Part shown: positions 36,070 to 64,000 of the stretch, piece by piece
Numbering within the stretch: position 1 is the stretch's first letter
Layout of the letters: each line of letters starts with the position of its first letter
Source: Phyllobates terribilis
Lineage: Eukaryota
Direction of reading: 5' to 3'
NCBI RefSeq assembly: GCF_046119375.1
Contig: NW_027362762.1
Coordinates: 500,216,001-500,280,000 of the forward strand
Length of the DNA stretch: 64,000 bases
Position numbers and translations under genes: made by a program
Notes under the pieces: model-generated
What the model was told of the DNA's origin: nothing
Databases searched by the model: none
Seen by the model: only the letters and a program-made list of their open reading frames with translations

Positions 36070-39000
36070 CATGGGGCATTATAAGGGAGGGTGTGTGTGT
36101 GACATCCTGCATGGTGCATAATACGGGGGGGGGGGGTGACATCCTGCATGGGGCATTATAAGGGAGGGGGGGTGACAATGCATGGGGCATTACAGGGGGG
36201 GTGACATAATGCAAGGGGCATAATAAGGGAGGGGGTGACATCCTGCATGGGGCATAATAAGGGGGGGGGTGACATAATGCATGGGGCATAATAAGGGGGA
36301 GTGACATCCTGCATGGGGCATTATAAGGGGGGTATGACATTCTGCATGGGGCATAATAAGAGGGGGGTGACATCCTGCATGGGGCATAAGGGAGAGTGAC
36401 ATCCTGCATGGGGCATTATAAGGGGGAGTGACATCCTGCATGGGGCATTATAAGGGGGGTGACATAATGCATGGGACATTATAAGAGGTGAGTGACATCC
36501 TGCATGGGGCATTATAAGGGGGGTGACATCCTGCATGGGGCATTATAAGGGAGGGGGTGTGACAATGCATGGGGTATTATAGGGGGGGTGACATAATGCA
36601 AGGGGCATAATAAGGGAGGGAGTGACATCCTGCATGGGGCATTATAAGGGGGGGTGACAATGCATGGGGCATTATAAGGGCGGTATGACATTCCGCATGG
36701 GGCATAATAAGAGGGGGGTGACATCCTGCATGGGGCATAAGGGAGAGTGACATCCTGCATGGGGCATTATAAGGGGGAGTGACATCCTGCATGGGGCATT
36801 ATAAGGGGGGTGACATAATGCATGGGACATTATAAGGGGTGTGTGACATCCTGCATGGTGCATTATAAGGGGGGGTGACATTGCATGGGGCATTATAAGG
36901 GGGGGTGACATTCTGCATGGGGCATAATAAAGGGGGTGACATCCTGCATGGGGCATAATAAGGGGGGTGACATCCTGCATGGAGCATAAGGGGGGTGACA
37001 TCCTGCATGGGGCATTATAAGGGGGGTGACATCCTGCATGGGGCATTATAAGGGGGGGTGACATCCTGCATGGGGCATTATAAGGGGGGGTGACATCCTG
37101 CATGGGGCATTATAAGGGGGGTGACAATGCATGGGGCATTATAGGGGGGGTGATATAATGCATGGGGCATTATAAGGGGAGATGACATCCTGCATGGGGC
37201 ATTATAAAGAGGGGGGGTGACAATGCATGGGGCATTATAAGGGGGGTGACATCCTGCATGGGGCATTATAAGATGGGATGACATCCTGCATGGGGCATTA
37301 TAAGGGAGGGGGGGTGACATCCTGCATGGGCATTATAAGGGGGGGGTGACAATGCATGGGGCATTATAAGGGGGGGATGACATTCTGCATGGGGCATAAT
37401 AAGGGGGGGTGACTCCCTGCATGGGGCATAATAAGGGGGGTGTGACATAATGCATGGGGCATTATAAGGGGGAGTGACATCCTGCATGGGGCATTATAAG
37501 GGAGGGGGGTGTGTGACATCCTGCATGGGGCATTATGGGGGGGACATCCTGCATGGGGCATTATAAGGGAGGGGGGGTGACATCCTGCATGGGGCATAAT
37601 AAGGTGGAGTGACATAATGCATGGGGCATTATAAGGGGGGATGACATCCTGCATGGGGCATAATAAGGGGGGGGGTGACATCCTGCATCGGGCATTATAA
37701 GGGGGGGTGACATAATGCATGGGGCATTATAAGGGGGGTGACATAATGCATGGGGCATTATAAGGGGGGGTGACATCCTGCATGGGGCATTATAAGGGGG
37801 GAGACATCCTGCATGGGGCATTATAAGGGGGGAGACATCCTGCATGGGGCATTATAAGGGAGGGGGGGTGGCATCCTGCATGGGGCATTATAAGAGAGGG
37901 GGGTACATCCTGCATGGGGCATAATAAGGTGCGGTGACATAATGCATGGGGCATAATAAGGGGGGATGACATCCTGCATGGGGCATAATAAGGGGGGGTG
38001 ACATAATGCATGGGGCATTATAAGGGGGGTGACATCCTGCATGGGGCATTATAAGGGGGGATGACATCCTGCATGGGGCATTATAAGGGGGGGTGACAAT
38101 GCATGGGGCATTATAAGGGGGGGATGACATTCTGCATGGGGCATAATAAGGGGGGGTGACTCCCTGCATGGGGCATAATAAGGGGGGTGTGACATAATGC
38201 ATGGGGCATTATAAGGGGGAGTGACATCCTGCATGGGGCATTATAAGGGGGGGGTGACAATGCATGGGGCATTATAAGGGGGGGATGACATTCTGCATGG
38301 GGCATAATAAGGGGGGGTGACTCCCTGCATGGGGCATAATAAGGGGGGTGTGACATAATGCATGGGGCATTATAAGGGGGAGTGACATCCTGCATGGGGC
38401 ATTATAAGGGAGGGGGGTGTGTGACATCCTGCATGGGGCATTATGGGGGGGACATCCTGCATGGGGCATTATAAGGGAGGGGGGTGACATCCTGCATGGG
38501 GCATAATAAGGTGGAGTGACATAATGCATGGGGCATTATAAGGGGGGATGACATCCTGCATGGGGCATAATAAGGGGGGGGATGACATCCTGCATCGGGC
38601 ATTATAAGGGGGGGTGACATAATGCATGGGGCATTATAAGGGGGGTGACATAATGCATGGGGCATTATAAGGGGGGGTGACATCCTGCATGGGGCATTAT
38701 AAGGGGGGAGACATCCTGCATGGGGCATTATAAGGGGGGAGACATCCTGCATGGGGCATTATAAGGGAGGGGGGGTGGCATCCTGCATGGGGCATTATAA
38801 GAGAGGGGGGTACATCCTGCATGGGGCATAATAAGGTGCGGTGACATAATGCATGGGGCATAATAAGGGGGGATGACATCCTGCATGGGGCATAATAAGG
38901 GGGGGTGACATAATGCATGGGGCATTATAAGGGGGGTGACATCCTGCATGGGGCATTATAAGGGGGGATGACATCCTGCATGGGGCATTATAAGGGGGGG

Positions 39001-39200
39001 TGACATCCTGCATTGGGCATTATAAGGGAGGGGGGGTGTGACATCCTGCATGGGGCATTATAAGGAGGGGGGTGTGTGTGACATCCTGCGTGGGGCATTA
39101 TAAGGGAGGGGGGGGTGTGACATCCTGCATGGGGCATTATAAGGGGGGGACATCCTGCATTGTGCATTATAAGGGGGGGAGGGGACAGCCTGCATGAGGC
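36070..39200 (+). repeat. G-rich minisatellite, unit about 30-34 bp (gtgacatcctgcatggggcattataagggggg), roughly 100 copies
   Basis: Direct reading; identical ORF-track translations recur at a 907-bp offset. Confidence 0.97.
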
Positions 39201-39226
39201 ATCATTTGGCAGGGAACAGCCTGCAT

Positions 39227-39418
39227 GGAGCGTTATATGGGGGCCAGTATTCTGTATGGAGCGTTATATGGGGGCCAGTATCCTGTATGGAGCGTTATAT
39301 GGGGGCCAGTATTCTGTATGGAGCTTTATAAGGGGACCAGTATCCTGTATGGAGCGTTATATGGGGGCCAGTATTCTGAATGGAGCGTTATATGGGGGCC
39401 AGTATCCTGTATGGAGCG
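39227..39418. repeat. 31-bp minisatellite (ggagcgttatatgggggccagtat(c/t)ctgtat), about 6 copies
   Basis: Period 31 (39227/39258). Confidence 0.9.
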
Positions 39419-39471
39419 ATTCTATTCACAATAGATATCCCTCATGTAATGTAAGTGAAATCTTTGGCATT

Positions 39472-39475
<4 letters not shown>

Positions 39476-39556
<81 letters not shown>
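39476..39556. repeat. (TA)n microsatellite, about 40 units
   Basis: Direct reading. Shorter (TA)n tracts at about 18065-18101, 40668-40690 and 59409-59447. Confidence 0.98.
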
Positions 39557-39558
<2 letters not shown>

Positions 39559-40118
39559 CTCTGCGGTATCTGTGCATCATGAACCGTGGTATGTGTTAAA
39601 GGGGCCCACTGAAACTCTTTCGCCCGGGGCCCACAAAAACCTGCAGCCGGCCTTGGTGGTGGGGCCACTGAAGTTACAAGTTGGGGGCAGAAGTGTGGTG
39701 GTGGCCACTGAAGCTGGGGTCAGTGCTTCATCATTATGGGGGTGACAGAAGCTGTGAGAAGTGACAGCAGTACCCTGTACTTTTCGCACTGCAGACAATT
39801 CCCTCTGTGGTGAGCACACGGTGTCTGACAGGCCGTCCATGAGAGCAGCTAAGGCAGCCAATCAGACGCCAGCTTTCTTTCTTCCCAGGTCAGATAAACA
39901 ATGTGAGGAGTGATCTGGTTGGGTAGTGGCTCGCAGCACACGGCCGTACCCTCCACTAGTGCTCCTGTAATAAGCGCGCTGCCGCCGTTCACACATCAGC
40001 AGTACTCTGCCGGCTCCCAGCAGGCGCGCTCAGCACTGCATAGAGGGTGGGCCAGGCTTATATATCCGCTCGTCGCCGCCACCTCCCCTTGTCCCTCCTT
40101 CCTTGCGCGCACTCCATC

Positions 40119-60014
<19,896 letters not shown>

Positions 60015-61098
60015 GTTGGCCAAAGAATTGTTGCTTTCATTTAAATCTATTGTTGTTCTTTTAAAGCAAGTCATGGGTTGTATAATTTTTTTTCTTTTCT
60101 CTGCTCTCCAAATTCTTCCTTTTTGGCCTCGCTAGTACTGCTGTGCAATATATTATACAGTTAGATTTGTAGGATCATTAAACATCCAGGGTGTCAAATG
60201 TGGCATTCTGCTATTTGGTTTCAGGGCTATCGAGTCAGTTAAATGTTATATCAATCTAGGGCCCCTACCTACAATTTTACTACAGCAAATTTGTTACTTA
60301 TTACTATACACGAGCTGTTAATGAAGGCTCACCAACTCTACAGCCCTGTTTGTTTTGGCGTTGGTATTAATGCATGTATGAAAATATCAATTTGTACATT
60401 TAACAAGCTATTTTAGAGAAATTACCAGGAAAACCAGCATCAGAGAGGTTATGGATAGTTACAAAGATTACCCATGTTATTTAGATTAACTCCTTAACAC
60501 TCCAAGATGAAAATATACTTTAAAGACGAAGGTGCCAAACTAGTCTGGTTTCCGGCTATCATATTTTCCACAGCCGGCTGTTCCCTGTGTTAGGTGATTG
60601 ACACATGTCACCCTCGTGCGTACCCTAGGGAGAGCCCTGTCAGTTGTCTGCAGCATCGATTTGTAGAGTCATTGGGGAGAACACCGGACCGTTAAATGCC
60701 ATAGTGTTTAAGCAGAAAATGTATAGCTATTGATTTATCTAATATTTGAAATTGGTACTGCTACATCTGTAAAATTCCAGTCTTATCACAAATTAAACAC
60801 TTTTTTTTTTTATAGTAAATGTCGTAAAAGAAAAAGGTGTCACCACCCACACACAATGCAATAAAAAATGTAGTATGTACCCCAAATGGTATCAAAAAAA
60901 AAAACCTCCACCCAACTCAATTGACAGAGAAGTAAAAAAAAGTATCACAAAATGGTAACAATTTATTTATTTTAATTGTTAGAAAGTTACATTTAAAAAA
61001 AAAAATAGAAAATAAAACTTTAGTTTGGTATCGCTGTTTTCATATGCACCTAGACAGTTATGATGTCATGACTTTTTATTTATTTTTTTTATCTTTAA

Positions 61099-61314
61099 CC
61101 CTAGAACGCATGACCATAAAAATCTACTTTTTCACATACCTGGGGCCTTTTAGGCCCGTGTGCAAATAACATGGAATAACTCAAACAAAAATGACAAACA
61201 ACTATATACCTGAAGAATACCTAGAGTTTCAAAATTCTAACTAAAGTAATCTTGTAGAAAATAGAAAACAATTAACAGGGCGGGACTGCGAGGCCCCAGG
61301 TATGCGTTCTAGGG
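61099..61314. mobile_element. 216-bp piggyBac-type MITE
   Basis: TTAA-CCCTAGAACGCAT ... ATGCGTTCTAGGG-TTAA, perfect 13-bp TIR. Confidence 0.88.
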
Positions 61315-61463
61315 TTAATTCACAATTAAAGTAAATATTATACCCCATAAACTGGCGGAAAAGCATTTTTTTCCCACCACACTTGCAATTTTTTTTCTCT
61401 CCTATTTCTTGTATACTATGTAGTAAAATGAATGGTGCCCTTCAAAACTGACTGCATCCTTAA

Positions 61464-62022
61464 AGGGGTTGTCCCATGAACAAAGCACATTTTAATTAAT
61501 AGATCTTGGAATATAAAGAAGTTCCACAATTGGACGTGTTTAAATAAAAAAAAAAAAAAAAAAATCCTTTGAGATAATCTTATAAATGTGCCCCTGCTGT
61601 GTACTGTGTAATGGCTGTGTCTGACCGTACAGGGACATGGTCTGATCATACCGCATCTCCTGGGCAGGGGAGGGGAGAAGTATACAGACATTACAGCAGG
61701 GGATCACAGCTGATTCTTTACATGAGGAAAAACAAGTTTTTAAACAAGCAGGGAAATGTTTTACCTTACTGAAAGCGCGCATGAGTTAGCAGCTGATTCT
61801 ATCTATATCCTCTCTTCCTTCCTCCCCGGCCCAGGAGATGTGGTATGATCAGACCATGTCCCTGTACTGTCAGACACAGCCATTAGACAGTACACAGCAG
61901 GGGCACATTTATAAGATTATCTCAGCACAGGGACATTTTATTTAAACACATCCAATTGTGGAACTTAGTATTATTCCAAGATCTATTACTTTAAATGTAC
62001 TTTGTTCAAGGGAAAACCCATT
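61464..62022. mobile_element. Kolobok/T2-type fold-back MITE (a partial relative lies at about 12140-12400)
   Basis: TTAA-AGGGGTTGTCCCATGAACAAAG ... CTTTGTTCAAGGGAAAACCCAT-TTAA with long inner arms. Confidence 0.75.
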
Positions 62023-64000
62023 TAAAGAGTTATAAAATGGTTCTGTGGTTAAGAAGGAAAAAAAAAAGATACATTAATTTAAATGTGTTCATAACATGAG
62101 CAAGCACTCATCATTTACTTATCTTCAATGCTGCTCCTATATTCAGCTACCAGCCTTGGTCTTGTATTTGGCAGCTCTGTCATGGCCAATGTGCAGACAT
62201 TGAGGCTGGCTTGGGATTGAAGTGAGCAGTCAGTCAGACCTCTTCACACAGTGTTGATGACTTGCTGACATGGATAATTGTGTGTGGAGCAAGGGCCTAG
62301 AAGTAAACCTGCTGAATTGGGGACCAAGGCTGATGGCTGAACCTTGTGGCACATCTGATAATAAAAGTAGATTAGTAAAATGTTCATAATCCTATTATAA
62401 ACACATCTTCCATCAGTCACTTTTTGCACGTTTAAAACCTGAAGTGACTTGCCCGTCCTCTGCTGCTCCCATGACACTCCGGTCTCTGATGCTGTTGTCA
62501 GTCTCCTCTCCCAGCCCTTTACTAACAGGAAGTACTTGGTGGGAGACGTGGTCACATGAGACAAAGCGGAGTTCGTAGATGGACTTTAACTGTCTGACGT
62601 GCCCACATCTCCCTCCTGACACTTCCTATTAGTTAAGGGCCGGGAGAGGAGATTGGACAGCAGCATCAGAGTAAGTGTCGCCGGAGCAGCCAACGACTGG
62701 TAACTATCAATGAGGACCATTCCTGACCTCAAATCATTGTCGCATTTAAGTCAGAACTGTGGGCAAGTGCTTATCTTTTCTCCTACCTATGGGCGCTGCC
62801 TTCTTATGATTGGGCAGAGTCATAGTGGGATGATATTCTGGGCTGTGGAGTCGGTATAAAATGGACCGACTCAGACTCCTGAAATATATAATAAATTGGG
62901 TTCAGTGCAGCATTTGCTATAATTTTTCATTAAGAATTTGGGAAAGTTATGAAATGTCCTAGAAATGTCTGTTCTGTCCCTGATCTAAGGGTTTAGGGTT
63001 TTAGTTGAGATGAATCTGTGCTGCACTTTATGTACACGCTCAGTGGTGGTTTGGCTTACCGACTCCACAGCCCTGATGAAATTACATGTGAATGATAAGA
63101 AAAATAACACTATAGGGGACAGTTATTTTGATGCCCTGTATCTGCACAACTGAGTGGAGAGAAAATTATATAAAATTATTTTAATTTACATTTTTCTGAC
63201 TATATCGAACAGAAGGCATAGACATCGTATTCGGTGTTGCTTTTGTTTTTTTCAATGGATGAGATGTTTCCATAAAACGTCAAATTTTTTTGTTGTGTAA
63301 TGCATGTTGTTTGACCACTCAGGCTGTCCTAGCACTGCAGCACATAGAGAACGACAAATGCTACTGGGGTTCAGGGGGGTTTGATAAAGGGAATGGTGTA
63401 ATCTGCAACTCAATTCTTTGCTGCAGCCAAGGAAGTCAACAGGGGCCATCTGGATTCAGTCTGTAGCTCTTATGGTTTGGCTTTAAGTAGCCATATACTG
63501 CATTAGTCCTAATTACATACCACTTACTTTTTAGTAAAATCGACAATTATGTAATCCGCAGGCTGTTACACTATTGGCCAAGTAGATGAGATTTTACATG
63601 CTGCAATGATGAATTTTTACCACTTTTCAATGAAACCAGGGGTGAATATATAAAAAAGTTTCCGGGAGAATTTGCCATTTATCAAGCTACTCTTTTATAC
63701 TTTTTCTGGATTTGCTCCCTTTTATGGTAGGCAAAATGTAGTACTAGTGCTGGCCAGAAGGTGGGGCAGAAGACAAATTTCATACAATATGCCCTATGGA
63801 GTAAAAAAGGCCACAATTAAATGGCATCAGCAATCTGCCTAAAGTGAAACTGTGTCTATGGGCTGCCAGCAAGCTGGCCTACTTTATTAGGCTATGTTCG
63901 CACTGCGTCTTTTTCCATACTTTTTTTTTGGCGCAAAAAGCATTGTCAAAATGCTCCTGTGAATTCACTTATTAATTTCTATGTAGAAACGATTTTGTTC

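Larger units (their letters stand above)
35676..39655 (+). mobile_element. 3.98-kb non-autonomous hAT-type element filled with minisatellites
   Basis: Termini CAGGGCCGGC / GCCGGCCTTG with an exact 8-bp TSD gtggtggg at 35668-35675 and 39656-39663. Confidence 0.88.

Noticed and set aside
35931-39582. Dozens of ORFs such as MQDVTPPYNAPCRMSPPLIMPHAG
   Set aside because: Translations of the G-rich minisatellite; the frames shift with G-run length.
39426-39745. (YI)n ORFs
   Set aside because: Translations of the (TA)n microsatellite.
60015-64000. MEAF6 terminal exons and the SPSGMFDYDFE-type microexon
   Set aside because: No matching coding sequence with an acceptor was found by eye; probably beyond the window.

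Overview
Vertebrate genomic DNA, almost certainly anuran (frog), judged from the repeat families and gene sequences. Three conserved genes could be assembled exon by exon from GT-AG boundaries and reading phase. AIRIM/C1orf109 is on the minus strand (4 coding exons, 208 aa). SNIP1 is on the plus strand (4 exons, 349 aa) and lies head-to-head with AIRIM across a CpG-island promoter. MEAF6 is on the plus strand (exons 1-5; the terminal exons were not found in the window). The remainder is dense in transposons and satellites: several Tc1/mariner families (DD34E, DD38E and DD41D types), a young DIRS1-like retrotransposon inserted into a Tc1 inside MEAF6 intron 4, CR1/L2/Penelope-like fragments, Harbinger, Kolobok, piggyBac-type and hAT non-autonomous elements, and several minisatellites. 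Four observations stand out. (1) A discrete ~148-nt module occurs twice and carries a minimal hammerhead-ribozyme fold with an apparent compensatory A3-U8 core pair. (2) A 31-bp satellite was hit at the same TA by three different Tc1 families, with an excision footprint one unit away from one of them. (3) Two Penelope-like inserts sit at the same site of one MITE family. (4) The AIRIM-SNIP1 promoter pairing differs from the human gene order. All assignments were made by eye, without database searches.
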